DNA of 64,000 bases from a virus (taxonomy: Duplodnaviria > Caudoviricetes), in IMG/VR virus record IMGVR_UViG_3300017700_000721, positions 1-64,000 of that record; one strand, written 5' to 3'. The position numbers and the translations under genes were made by a program. The notes beneath the pieces are model-generated. The model had not been told where the DNA came from and ran no database searches. It was given only the letters and a program-made list of their open reading frames with translations. This document shows, one piece after another, positions 42,162 to 51,503 of the stretch (positions are counted from its first letter, which is position 1; each line of letters begins with the position of its first letter).

Positions 42162-43234
42162 TGAAGGAGGTCCGAGCTGAGGTCAAGATCGTCGACGTCA
42201 AGGTCTGCGCCGATAAGTGGGTCTTTCGGTCGAGGGGCGGGCTTGGGAACTAGCTTTGGTTTGTCTTCCGTGGCTAGTACTTCCAGGGCGAAGAAGGAGT
42301 TACGAACGTAACGCACTGTACCGTATCGGGTGTAAAGGCCTGAGCCCATCCCGTCGGTGTCAACTCGTACGCTTTTCCCTTGGAGGGAGGAGTTGATGTC
42401 GTGTACGGTGGTCACGTACACGAGGTTTAGAACCCTCTCGATCTTGGTGAAGGGAAACGCTGTGGTTTTCCCGCCCTCCCTCTCGACGGTGACATGGGTG
42501 GATCCGATGTTGGTGAAATCCTCGTATCGACGATGGGTCCGAGCCTTAAGTGCTTCTAGGACCTCTGCGGACTTGCCTGTGGCTTGAAGCCAAGGGTCGA
42601 TGATAGCGTTGAAGCGGTCCACGTCTCGACCACGAAGATCCTCGGCTTCGGTCACGTAAGTAAATCTGAGGTTGCGACCCTTTTCCAAGGCAGGACCAAA
42701 CTTCTGCTGGACCAATTCCCTACCGCGTCGCTCGGTGGACGTTAGGATTAGAACGTCCTCTTCCGCGTTAGGGTCCCAAGAGCCAAGGATCTGTTCCTTG
42801 AAATCCTTGTCCGTCATCTGACGTTTGTCTCGTAGGAACTGAGCGGCGGCTTCAGAGGTCACGGTCTGCATCGGGGTACCTGGGGCCGGCTTCCCTAAGA
42901 CAGCGTGGTCGTGGATGGTCTGGATAATCTTCCGGTAGTCGGCGAATTGACCCGGCTCCAGGTCTTTGACCATGTCGGGTAGGTTCACCATCGGTAGGCT
43001 GGCGAGGTCGAGAATTTTGGGCGGGGGCTCTTGGACAAAATTGGTTGAGCACATCAGCCCCGTCTTGGGGTCGACCTCGAGGGCTGTGGTCTGAGACGGC
43101 TTGGTTGAGAGATCTTGGCCTACGTACATCCACTTGCGCTCGCGGTCCCCGATTGTGGTCACGTCGAGGTAATCGGGCCCTGGCTTTGGGGTCTCGATGA
43201 GAGTCGACGAGGTCTTTGGTCTGCGGGAGGGCAT
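42158..43234 (-). CDS. Hypothetical protein
   Basis: 358 aa. Confidence 0.75.
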   Translation of the reverse strand: MPSRRPKTSSTLIETPKPGPDYLDVTTIGDRERKWMYVGQDLSTKPSQTTALEVDPKTGLMCSTNFVQEPPPKILDLASLPMVNLPDMVKDLEPGQFADYRKIIQTIHDHAVLGKPAPGTPMQTVTSEAAAQFLRDKRQMTDKDFKEQILGSWDPNAEEDVLILTSTERRGRELVQQKFGPALEKGRNLRFTYVTEAEDLRGRDVDRFNAIIDPWLQATGKSAEVLEALKARTHRRYEDFTNIGSTHVTVEREGGKTTAFPFTKIERVLNLVYVTTVHDINSSLQGKSVRVDTDGMGSGLYTRYGTVRYVRNSFFALEVLATEDKPKLVPKPAPRPKDPLIGADLDVDDLDLSSDLLQ

Positions 43235-43413
43235 TGGAGCTTTGTTGCCTGGCCTTCGATCGGGGTCGGTTGGGTTGTGGTTACTGATACCGTCTTGAAG
43301 CAGTCACGGCAGGTTCCGGTTGCTCTGATGGGTCCGACTGCCCATCTCATCCGGTGGCCACGAGCTTTAACTATGATCGTGGCCCGGTCTTTCAGGGCCT
43401 TGAGGCTGGTCAT
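43159..43413 (-). CDS. Small Cys/His protein
   Basis: GH...CRDC...C. Confidence 0.5.
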   Translation of the reverse strand: MTSLKALKDRATIIVKARGHRMRWAVGPIRATGTCRDCFKTVSVTTTQPTPIEGQATKLQCPPADQRPRRLSSRPQSQGPITST

Positions 43414-43423
43414 CCGATCCCTG

Positions 43424-44146
43424 TTAGAAGGCGTGCGGGGGGTTGACCCGGAGCTGGAGCTGGGAAACGGTGACGTAGCCCTGGGCGAGGTGGGTCACGT
43501 CGGAGGACTCTTGTTCGGCGCGGGGGACCATCGACGTGGGAGGGGTCCGGTAGCGGGAGTAGTGGGCGACCTTGGTGGCCTTGAACCCCATCGAGGCCGT
43601 TACGGGGAAGTTCACGTTGAAGCAATCCCCGTGAGAGGGGTTGGTCCTGCGTAGGATGTCGAGGAGGGCCCTGTCGGCGGAGTTGAAGAGGCGACGGTCC
43701 GCTTGGGCGTCGAAGATCTTGGACGCGTCGGGGAGGTCCTGGGAGAACGCGATGGCCGGGGTGGCGTAGAATGATGCGGCCATCATCGCCATGGATACGG
43801 TCGCGGAGAGGTACACGTCCAGGCCCACGTTGGATCCGTGGTTCACGCCGGTGAGCACGAGGTCCCAGGGCCGGTCCGTGATGGGGTCCGGGATGAGGAA
43901 GGCTCGGGTGAGCACGTCTCCGGGGGTGAGGTCGTAGGTGTAGGTGTCCTTTCCGACGAGGGTGGGCTCGATCGTCTTCCAGCGCTCCCATCCGTCCGAG
44001 CAGGAGAACGATTTCCCGCTCTGCTGTGTCGCGGTCGTGATCTGGATGATGCGCGAGGAGGGGTAAGCCTGCTGTGCGGCGTCTCGAAGCACCTTGAGGC
44101 CGGTCGCGTCGGGGCCGTCGTCGCCTGTGATGAGGATCTGTCTCAT
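43424..44146 (-). CDS. surE: SurE-family 5'/3'-nucleotidase
   Basis: ILITGDDG..A.GL, QSG.S, TP.D, GVNHGSNVG, NVNFP, GYVTVS.L. Confidence 0.9.
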   Translation of the reverse strand: MRQILITGDDGPDATGLKVLRDAAQQAYPSSRIIQITTATQQSGKSFSCSDGWERWKTIEPTLVGKDTYTYDLTPGDVLTRAFLIPDPITDRPWDLVLTGVNHGSNVGLDVYLSATVSMAMMAASFYATPAIAFSQDLPDASKIFDAQADRRLFNSADRALLDILRRTNPSHGDCFNVNFPVTASMGFKATKVAHYSRYRTPPTSMVPRAEQESSDVTHLAQGYVTVSQLQLRVNPPHAF

Positions 44147-44305
44147 GGTCTGTTCCTGTCTCTGATCTGTGGGCTGTTCTGTGGTGCGATGTGCGCTTCT
44201 GGACGGGCCGGGAACGGCGATATCCTCGGCGGGATATCTTACCCTTGGATTGGTCCTTGAGCTCTGAACCCATCCCGTCGGTCAGCTTCTGTCTGGTCCG
44301 AAGGG

Positions 44306-45511
44306 TTAACCGTCCGTTACTGCTAGATCCGTACCTGTTCCAAAGGGTGCAACCGGGGCAGAAGGGCTATCCAGAACTAGACCTGGATTATCCTCCAACT
44401 CCTTCGCCTTTCCAATCACTTCAATCTTATCTAGTCCAAGAGACTTGGCATGCTCATCTTTGAGAAGGCTAAGTACTGCGTCTTCGATTTCATTTGCTGT
44501 TGCCGGATGGTCCTTGAGGTGTTGCAGAAACGCGTCGCGGCCCCGGCATGCGACTGACGTTTCCGTTGTTCTCCCCTTGTAGTTGAAGAAGCCTGCGCCG
44601 GCCATAATTCCGAGCTTTGCTTCTGCCAACTCCGCGATGGAGGCAAGGTTGTTGATCCCTTTTCCGTATTCAATCACAAACTCTCCGCGCATAAACGGCG
44701 GGGCAAGCTTGTTCTTTACGGCGGTGATCCTAATCTTGTTGCGAGTATAAACCTGGTCAGTTCCCTTCGTTCCTCGAGCCTCGTCTCCTTCAGATCCAAG
44801 GAACGCAAGCTCGAGACGAAGAGAGGAGTAGAATTTGATGGCGTTGCTTGCTGCCGATTGCTCTTTCGGCGCGTTCTTCTGCGGCCGGCCTCCAATGTTA
44901 ATCACAGCACGCATCTGGTTGATGATCACCACGGCCGGTTTGCGGCCCTTCGAGATCTTCTTCGTCAGACGCTCGAGGAAGCGAGCCATCAAGGCCGCTT
45001 GAGTGCCTTTCTGCGTACCTCCCTCCACGTCCATTATCCCTTCCATGTCGGAGCGAGGGGTCATAGCTGCGGCGGAGTCAATCACAACAAGGTCTACCGC
45101 CCCGCTGTCAACGAAGTCGAGGGCAATGTCGGCCCCCATCTCGAAGTACTCGGGCTGAGACCAGATGAACCGATCTGGGTTCAGATCAATGCCCAACTTC
45201 TTGCCGTATATGGCGTCAAAGGCGTGCTCATAATCGATGAGCAAAGCCGTTCCTCCGGCTGCCTCATGGCACGAGGCGATAACCTCGGTCGCGATAGTTG
45301 TTTTACCCGACGAGAAAGGACCAAAGATCTCGGTCACTCGACCTCTCGGTAGGCCGCCAATGCCACTAACCGCGTTGATGATGGTTGACTTCGTCGGGAT
45401 GACAGGGCATTCGACGGCGGTATTCAGACTCTGGAAAAGCTCGGTACTATCCTTGTACTTCTTCTCCATACGAGCGCGGATTTGCCTGACTACGTCAGCG
45501 TTAGTCGCCAT
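44306..45511 (-). CDS. recA: RecA recombinase
   Basis: GGLPRGRVTEIFGP.SSGKTT, IDYEHA, VIDS.AA, INQMR, KFYSSLRL, KNKLAPPF. Confidence 0.97.
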   Translation of the reverse strand: MATNADVVRQIRARMEKKYKDSTELFQSLNTAVECPVIPTKSTIINAVSGIGGLPRGRVTEIFGPFSSGKTTIATEVIASCHEAAGGTALLIDYEHAFDAIYGKKLGIDLNPDRFIWSQPEYFEMGADIALDFVDSGAVDLVVIDSAAAMTPRSDMEGIMDVEGGTQKGTQAALMARFLERLTKKISKGRKPAVVIINQMRAVINIGGRPQKNAPKEQSAASNAIKFYSSLRLELAFLGSEGDEARGTKGTDQVYTRNKIRITAVKNKLAPPFMRGEFVIEYGKGINNLASIAELAEAKLGIMAGAGFFNYKGRTTETSVACRGRDAFLQHLKDHPATANEIEDAVLSLLKDEHAKSLGLDKIEVIGKAKELEDNPGLVLDSPSAPVAPFGTGTDLAVTDG

Positions 45512-46034
45512 TTATTGTCCCCCAGGGGTGCAGAGCTTGCTCGGCTGACACTAAGTTGTAGCGCCATTTCTTGTTAACTACATCCTCGCCTAGCCTTGTC
45601 AAGTAATACCCATCGACTTTATGGATGGAGATACGATGAGGCCAATTCATTGTAGCCTGGAAATGCTTCACGTAAGGATCACCGTCAGCCGCAGGGGCGC
45701 CGTGTCTTTTCTTTACGTAGGACTGGAGCTGGATTGGGAGCGGCATCACTATTTGTGTGGCTCCGGTCTCTTTGATCAGCTCAAGCATGTTCATCTGACA
45801 GTGGAACATGAGCGAGGAACTCTTCCCACCAACAGATAACTGCTTCTCGATGCAGAAGATCGCGTTGCTTGCGCCGTGTTTCTTCAGAAAAGCCCGAAAG
45901 TCGGCTCGTATCTGCTTGCAGGAGGTTAGCACGTCCTGCTTCCCGGTCTTTATCTCATCAAAAAGAAACTCTGCCCCCTCTCGAAGGCAGAGTCCCGTGT
46001 GACGTAATGACGGGTCGATCCCGACAAACTTCAT
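45501..46034 (-). CDS. RuvC-like Holliday junction resolvase
   Basis: FVGIDPSLRHTG, CIE, terminal D; next to recA. Confidence 0.8.
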   Translation of the reverse strand: MKFVGIDPSLRHTGLCLREGAEFLFDEIKTGKQDVLTSCKQIRADFRAFLKKHGASNAIFCIEKQLSVGGKSSSLMFHCQMNMLELIKETGATQIVMPLPIQLQSYVKKRHGAPAADGDPYVKHFQATMNWPHRISIHKVDGYYLTRLGEDVVNKKWRYNLVSAEQALHPWGTINGD

Positions 46035-46760
46035 CTAACCAACGATGTCGCTCAGGTCGATCGCGCCTGCGTTGTCGGTCGATCCCGGAGAGGCCGAAGC
46101 ACCACCGCCGAGGAGAGTCATGATCTCGAGGTCGGTCAGGCGCCGGCCGAAGTACCGCTTCATGGCTTCGGTGACCTTCGGTTCCTTGGCCTTGACGTGA
46201 TCGTACCAGGCCTGCTTCGACTTCCAGTGAGCCGTGGGGGTAGGCGTGAAGGTCCCCTTCTGGTACTGGTCGTCGGTGCACTTGAACATGATGTCAACCT
46301 GCTTCTCGTCGAAGCCGCCGTCGAGGATGGTCCACTGCTTGTGCAGTTCACTCAGCTCGGCGTAACGGTTCTCGGAGATCAGCCAGGGCTTGAACTTGCC
46401 CTGCAGCTTCTCGGTGGTCATCAACTCACCGGTCTCGGAGGTGGTGTAGTGGAAGGTGATCATCCCGAACCGCTGTTCGGGTTCGCCGAGCGTCTTCTTC
46501 ACGAAGGCAAGGGTTTCGGCGTTGGTCGGGGCGATGAAGCGGGTACCCTGCTTCGCCTGGCCCTGGTAGTAGAAGGTGAACATTCGGGTGAGTGAGCTGC
46601 TGATGATCCCGAAACGCTCCGTTCGACCTTTGGCACCCTTGAAGCGGTCGAAGGTCGAGAGTTCAACCTTCTTGTCTCCGAAGGCAACCTGGTCGCCTCC
46701 TTCGGCCGGCGGGGGCTTCTGCTCGGTAACGTCGGCAAGGGCGGCTGATGTGTCCGTCAT
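46035..46760 (-). CDS. Putative single-stranded DNA-binding protein
   Basis: Size, aromatic-rich beta core, acidic-hydrophobic tail (IDLSDIVG), strong codon bias, context. Confidence 0.55.
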   Translation of the reverse strand: MTDTSAALADVTEQKPPPAEGGDQVAFGDKKVELSTFDRFKGAKGRTERFGIISSSLTRMFTFYYQGQAKQGTRFIAPTNAETLAFVKKTLGEPEQRFGMITFHYTTSETGELMTTEKLQGKFKPWLISENRYAELSELHKQWTILDGGFDEKQVDIMFKCTDDQYQKGTFTPTPTAHWKSKQAWYDHVKAKEPKVTEAMKRYFGRRLTDLEIMTLLGGGASASPGSTDNAGAIDLSDIVG

Positions 46761-46825
46761 TTTCCGTTCCTGTGTTGTCCTGTCCGGTGTGGACTCAGGC
46801 TAACCTGAGTGGTCAATCATACAGC

Positions 46826-46857
46826 AAAAAGCCCAGCTAGTTAAAGCCGGGCTTTTC
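46826..46857. terminator. Intrinsic terminator (possibly bidirectional)
   Basis: AAAAAGCCCAGCT...AGCCGGGCTTTT. Confidence 0.7.
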
Positions 46858-46879
46858 ACTCACCTACCGAGGTAGGTCT

Positions 46880-47368
46880 TTAATCGAGCTTGTCGCCGGG
46901 CGCCACGGTGGCGGCAGCCGGGGCCGTCTCGGTGGCCGGCTTGGCCTCCTCGTCCTTGCTGACACGCGAGCCGCGGACCTTGTAGGCCTCCTCGAGGTTG
47001 CCGCCGTTGGCCACCAGGGCCTTCACGACGACGCCTTCCTCGTAACGGAGCTTGTGGCGGACGCCGAACGTGACTTCCTGGCCGGACGGGAGGCGGCGGG
47101 AGCCTTCCGTGTACTCGCGGATGTGGAAGGAGCCGAAGCCGCCGTTCAGGCGGACGGTCTTGTCGCGCGCGCCGAGGGCGAAGATCTCGTCGATCGCCAT
47201 GTCGAACAGGGCACGGCCACCGGCCTTGCCGATGCGCTTGCCGGTCTTGGTGTGGACGAACTCGGCCAGCTTGCTGTAGATAGCTTCCTTGCCGGCGCTC
47301 TCGACTTCGGTGTTTGCTTCGGTAACTGCGGCCGCGACGGCCGGGTCTGCTGCATTGACGTTTTCCAC
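46880..47368 (-). CDS. HU/IHF-like DNA-binding protein
   Basis: VRLNGGFGSF, R.LPSGQEV arm. Confidence 0.85.
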   Translation of the reverse strand: MENVNAADPAVAAAVTEANTEVESAGKEAIYSKLAEFVHTKTGKRIGKAGGRALFDMAIDEIFALGARDKTVRLNGGFGSFHIREYTEGSRRLPSGQEVTFGVRHKLRYEEGVVVKALVANGGNLEEAYKVRGSRVSKDEEAKPATETAPAAATVAPGDKLD

Positions 47369-47385
47369 GACATTCTCCTTTGGGT

Positions 47386-47925
47386 TCAGATCTCAATCTC
47401 ACCGACCTTTGCGCCGGTGTAAGAAGCTGGTGAGGTTGCGCCTGCTGCGACTTTCTGCTCGTAAAGCCTGGAATGTAGCCGAATGTCGGAGTCCAGACGC
47501 TTCATCGTGCCAGCACGCTCGTTCACCACTGTCTTGATCTCCGATACTACGAAGACCAAGCCCTGCCAGTTTTCTGATGCCTGGGTAAGGTCTTGGAGTT
47601 GGTTTGCCAACCAGAACCCCTTCTGGTGCACTGGCGTCTCCGCGTACTCGTCGCTAGCCTTGAGCTCCTTCTCTTTCATGGCCAGGAGGGCTTTGTTTGC
47701 CCTCGCCACACGGATGATCTCAAGGGAATGACGGGTCAGCTTCATCTGGATATCGCTGAGACGCTCAAGGTAGGTTGAGACGAGGGCCAGCTTCGCACTG
47801 ATGAAGTTGAGGTCATAGTGACTATCATCCTCGGACATACGCACCTCCATCGCGGTGGCATCGTCGAGGAGACCCATTAGCTGGGCTTCGATGGCCTCAG
47901 GCTTAAGAGGCTTTGCTTCCGTCAT
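47386..47925 (-). CDS. Coiled-coil hypothetical protein
   Basis: Helical ORF. Confidence 0.75.
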   Translation of the reverse strand: MTEAKPLKPEAIEAQLMGLLDDATAMEVRMSEDDSHYDLNFISAKLALVSTYLERLSDIQMKLTRHSLEIIRVARANKALLAMKEKELKASDEYAETPVHQKGFWLANQLQDLTQASENWQGLVFVVSEIKTVVNERAGTMKRLDSDIRLHSRLYEQKVAAGATSPASYTGAKVGEIEI

Positions 47926-48235
47926 CTGAGCTACTACTCCGTTTGAGGATCTTGTCAAAGAGTGCGGTCATCCGATTTCGCCAGGCCTCAAAGCGAGAGC
48001 GCTCGAAGGCACCCGAGGCCACTTCCATTACACCGGCAAGACGGTTGAGTATTTCCTTCTCCTCGAGCATCCTCTGCCTGAGCATAGGCCGGTCCATCCC
48101 TTGCGGGACGTCGAAGGTCATGGCTAGAGTGGTTCCGCTGCTCATGCCGTTCTGGAGTTCAAACAGCTTGAGGTTTGACTCAACGGTCACTGAGCGGGGA
48201 ATAAGTTGAAGTTCAGAGGGGCTTGACTCGGTCAT
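47903..48235 (-). CDS. Hypothetical protein
   Basis: 110 aa. Confidence 0.7.
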   Translation of the reverse strand: MTESSPSELQLIPRSVTVESNLKLFELQNGMSSGTTLAMTFDVPQGMDRPMLRQRMLEEKEILNRLAGVMEVASGAFERSRFEAWRNRMTALFDKILKRSSSSDDGSKAS

Positions 48236-48263
48236 GGTGTATGATACCATACCCGCTGATAGA

Positions 48264-48286
48264 AACAGGCCCGAGAAGGGCCTGTT
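48264..48286 (-). terminator. Terminator after ligase
   Basis: AACAGGCCC/GGGCCTGTT inverted repeat. Confidence 0.7.
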
Positions 48287-48319
48287 CGTCGCTTGACATT
48301 CAACCTAGAATGTGCTAGG

Positions 48320-49525
48320 TTAGCCAACCCAATTGGCTGCCTCTTCCAGATCAGCGTAGGACTGGATGCACTCTTGGCTGGTCTTGGCATCCGGGCCTAC
48401 CTTAGCCCGCCACCGCTCGATGGTGCAGTGAGACAGCCGCAAGCTCCTCGAGCTGACATCCTGGCCGGAGATCTCGGCCACCTTCCCCATGATCGCAGGG
48501 ATCAGGCTGACTTGGTTGGTTGCAGGGTCATACACCGAGATCTTTTTACGGGTCTCAAGTGTAATATTGCTGGCATTGCCCAGCTCGTGGAGCCCCTTCT
48601 CCGTGTGAACGGAGAAGGTGAGGGCACCGACCAGGTTCTCCCAGCCTGATCCCGGCTCCCCACGGACGAACCCGGTGACGAAAGCGTCGAACTCGATACG
48701 CTTCTTGACCTTGACCCAGCCGTTCCGGCTTCGGCTCGAGCTGTCCTCGTAAACAGCGTTGAGGTTCTTGAGGATGCCACCTTCGCCGCCGTTGGCGATG
48801 ATGCCGTCCACGAAGGCCTTCTTTCCTTCGATGACGAGCGGCGGGAAGTGGAAGATGTTGGCCATCGGCAGAAGGGCCATACGATCCTTGAACTTGGCCC
48901 GGTACACCTCTCGGTCGACGAGCCGCTTGCCGCGCAGATCGCTTCCTTCGTAGGACAGGATGTCAAACACATGCACGTTGAGCGGTGCGTCCTGCTCGAT
49001 CTGGAGACGCTTCGAGCTTTCGGGCGCCAGGCTGAGGACAGCCGTTGTCGAGTGGAGGGATGACTTGGTCTTGACCCCTTTCGCCGTGTAAGGCGTGGTG
49101 TCGACAGCCTTCTCAATCATGACCTCGCAGTCGATCGTGGCAGAGAAGTCCGGCACGAAGTTGCCCCAGAGAAGCTGCTCCGTCAGTTCCTCGAACCGGT
49201 AGGTCTTGACCGACACCGTCCTTGAATGAGCGAAGACACCAACGTCCTTTACGAAGTGGATCATGAGACGGCAGCCGTTGAACTTGATCTGGGCTGCCCA
49301 ACTCGGACTGGTCCAGACTTTGGTCAGTTCGTCTGGCTTGAGGTTCCACGAGGCAAAGCAGAGCATGGGTTCACGCTCTTCGAACTTCAGACCACCAGGT
49401 GGCAGGAAATGAGCCCGAAGGACGTCGACATAATCCGACTTGGCCGGTCGCTTCCCTTTCTGGGTGACAGCGAGGCCCAACTTCTGGCAGGTCAAGGCAA
49501 GTTTGTCGAGGTTCGGAAGGCCCAT
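48320..49525 (-). CDS. ATP-dependent DNA ligase
   Basis: KFNGCR (motif I), IDCE, VFDIL, EGGILK, WVKVK, OB domain. Confidence 0.92.
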   Translation of the reverse strand: MGLPNLDKLALTCQKLGLAVTQKGKRPAKSDYVDVLRAHFLPPGGLKFEEREPMLCFASWNLKPDELTKVWTSPSWAAQIKFNGCRLMIHFVKDVGVFAHSRTVSVKTYRFEELTEQLLWGNFVPDFSATIDCEVMIEKAVDTTPYTAKGVKTKSSLHSTTAVLSLAPESSKRLQIEQDAPLNVHVFDILSYEGSDLRGKRLVDREVYRAKFKDRMALLPMANIFHFPPLVIEGKKAFVDGIIANGGEGGILKNLNAVYEDSSSRSRNGWVKVKKRIEFDAFVTGFVRGEPGSGWENLVGALTFSVHTEKGLHELGNASNITLETRKKISVYDPATNQVSLIPAIMGKVAEISGQDVSSRSLRLSHCTIERWRAKVGPDAKTSQECIQSYADLEEAANWVG

Positions 49526-49550
49526 CTAATTCTCCATACCAACTACGCCT

Positions 49551-49579
49551 ATTATAGCATAGTCGGAGGGTGGTGTCAA
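49551..49579 (-). promoter_or_regulatory. sigma70-type promoter
   Basis: TTGACA-17-TATAAT. Confidence 0.9.
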
Positions 49580-49596
49580 CATCTTATTTCGCGGCC

Positions 49597-49605
49597 TGTG
49601 GATAA
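49597..49605 (-). promoter_or_regulatory. Consensus DnaA box
   Basis: TTATCCACA just upstream of the ligase promoter -35. Confidence 0.45.
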
Positions 49606-49608
49606 CTT

Positions 49609-50391
49609 TCACCACACGGTGTCAACGGGCATGTCCCCAATATAATCTTGCACCGGCAGGCCACCAACCGGGGCAGCATGGGTCCGCTTGGCCAGTCGCA
49701 AGGCCTTGGAGCGACTTTCGTTCTTGTCCGGCCTCGTCTCCAGAACAGCCTTGACCTCGATGGCCATGGTCTTGAGCACGGCCAGCCAATTGTGTATCGT
49801 TGAGGGAGTGACCCCGAGAGCTGCGCCACACTCCTTCGGATCGTTCTGCTCGAGGAGCAGCTTGAGCAACGGATAGAGGCTCTCGTCTCGCTTGTGGCGG
49901 GGGTTCTCGAAGAGCTTGCGAGCGCGACGGGCCAGCTCGGTCACGATCACGATCGCCGTCATGCGTGACTCATGGTCCGGAGACTCGATACCGAAGATCC
50001 GATCCAAGCTGTAGACCCCAGGCTCGAACTCGCCGTCGTCATCCGTCCCGGTCGTTGCGAGCGACCCGCCATGTAGGCCGGTGATCGGGTTGCGGCTCTT
50101 CTTCGACAGGTGATTGACACAGATTGTCCGGGTGGTGAAGAAGATCACTCCCCCGAAGTTGCCCTTCTGGGGGTCGAACTTCTCGATCATCCCCTTTTCG
50201 ATGAGACGCTCGGCGATTGCTTGGCTCAGCTCTTCCGTCTCAGTGGGGGTGGCGTACGGAAGGAACTTCCGCATGATCTGGCGGCACAGGCTGTTGCCGT
50301 GACCGTCACCCAGGATATAGTAGCGATAGAGGTCGTCGTAATCCCGAGGCACATAGTCATTCGGGTTCGGCTTGTCTGAATTGCGCGGCAT
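49609..50391 (-). CDS. RNA polymerase sigma factor-like protein
   Basis: IEKFDPQKGNF region 2, YSLD, C-terminal HTH KECGAALGVTPSTI. Confidence 0.8.
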   Translation of the reverse strand: MPRNSDKPNPNDYVPRDYDDLYRYYILGDGHGNSLCRQIMRKFLPYATPTETEELSQAIAERLIEKGMIEKFDPQKGNFGGVIFFTTRTICVNHLSKKSRNPITGLHGGSLATTGTDDDGEFEPGVYSLDRIFGIESPDHESRMTAIVIVTELARRARKLFENPRHKRDESLYPLLKLLLEQNDPKECGAALGVTPSTIHNWLAVLKTMAIEVKAVLETRPDKNESRSKALRLAKRTHAAPVGGLPVQDYIGDMPVDTVW

Positions 50392-50423
50392 GTCTACCCC
50401 TTTAAGCCTTAATCAACACCCTT

Positions 50424-50452
50424 AATAAACCATAATCAGAAGGGTTTGTCAA
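50424..50452 (-). promoter_or_regulatory. Weaker sigma70-type promoter for sigma gene
   Basis: TTGACA-17-TTTATT with TG extension. Confidence 0.55.
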
Positions 50453-50555
50453 GTCTTCTTTTCAGATCCACGCCCTAGAACCTCCCGCATCGCATTATGC
50501 TTGTGATTTCTTGTGGGTTCCGGGCGGCCCATTGAAGCAAGAAATGCAGCCGTAA

Positions 50556-51503
50556 TCAACGTTTCACCCGTATCGGCGAGTTCAAGATCAGCAGCTGTAG
50601 TCCCACGTCACCAAGTCGTTGAACCAGAGGATCCAGCTTTACTACCCGCTCGGCCATCAGCTTCAAATCCTCGGCGGTGATCATCTTCGCCACTTCCTCT
50701 AGCTCGTTGGCCCTCCAATCTCGGAGATCCATCTCCCTCTTGACCCTAGCCTCGTCGAGGCCCATCAAACGAAGGCTTCTGTAGTGAATGATCTCGGCTA
50801 GGTTCTGGATCAGCTGGTTGTAGATCTGCTGGTAACCCCGTCGCTCGATCATGTCGAAGACGGGCTTGAGATCAGACCTCTTGATCAGAGTCAGTAGGTT
50901 TCCTCGGTCGGCCGTCTCGAGACCCTTTCCGATCTCCTCCTCGGTCCAGCCCATCACCTGGGCTTTGCGGAGGATGGGCTCAAACTCCTCAAACTTGGCC
51001 ACCCCCGACCAGTCCAGTTTCACAAGCTCCCGCAAGGAGTAGTTTAGGCTGACCTTCGCAGGGAGTGCTCCCGCGGTCATCATTCTTGGGGTGTCCACGA
51101 TCACAGACAGGGCCTTGAGCGCGTCCCGCCTTTTACCGTAGGCCCTGCCAAAGCTCTCTGTCTTTAGCAGCCCGTCATCAACCTCGGCTACCACGTATAT
51201 CCCAGGCGGGAGGTCCAGCTTCGATACGAAGGATCCGGCAAAGCCTTCCAGCACAAAGAGCTGGTCGGTGGGTGACATTTCCCGGAACAAGGAGTACTCC
51301 TCGAGTAGTCCTTTCACCCGCTCGACGTAGTTCTTCTTGGCCTCAAAGGCGATGAAGACAGGCTTCACCCGAAGCCTCTTCTTGAGAGCCTGGACCAAGA
51401 GCATGAACTGATACTTCGAGTCGCTCGTCCTCTCTACGGTGAGGATCTGCGGTATCTTCGAGGTTAGGTGCTCTATGTAGTTAAATACGGTTTGGTCAGT
51501 CAC
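50556..51503 (-). CDS. Clamp loader delta (HolA)-like subunit
   Basis: Size, SLF motif, helical collar-like C-terminus, coupled to HolB-like gene. Confidence 0.55.
   Translation of the reverse strand: MTDQTVFNYIEHLTSKIPQILTVERTSDSKYQFMLLVQALKKRLRVKPVFIAFEAKKNYVERVKGLLEEYSLFREMSPTDQLFVLEGFAGSFVSKLDLPPGIYVVAEVDDGLLKTESFGRAYGKRRDALKALSVIVDTPRMMTAGALPAKVSLNYSLRELVKLDWSGVAKFEEFEPILRKAQVMGWTEEEIGKGLETADRGNLLTLIKRSDLKPVFDMIERRGYQQIYNQLIQNLAEIIHYRSLRLMGLDEARVKREMDLRDWRANELEEVAKMITAEDLKLMAERVVKLDPLVQRLGDVGLQLLILNSPIRVKR

Noticed and set aside
43410-44273. 287-aa Arg-rich ORF
   Set aside because: Alternate frame of surE
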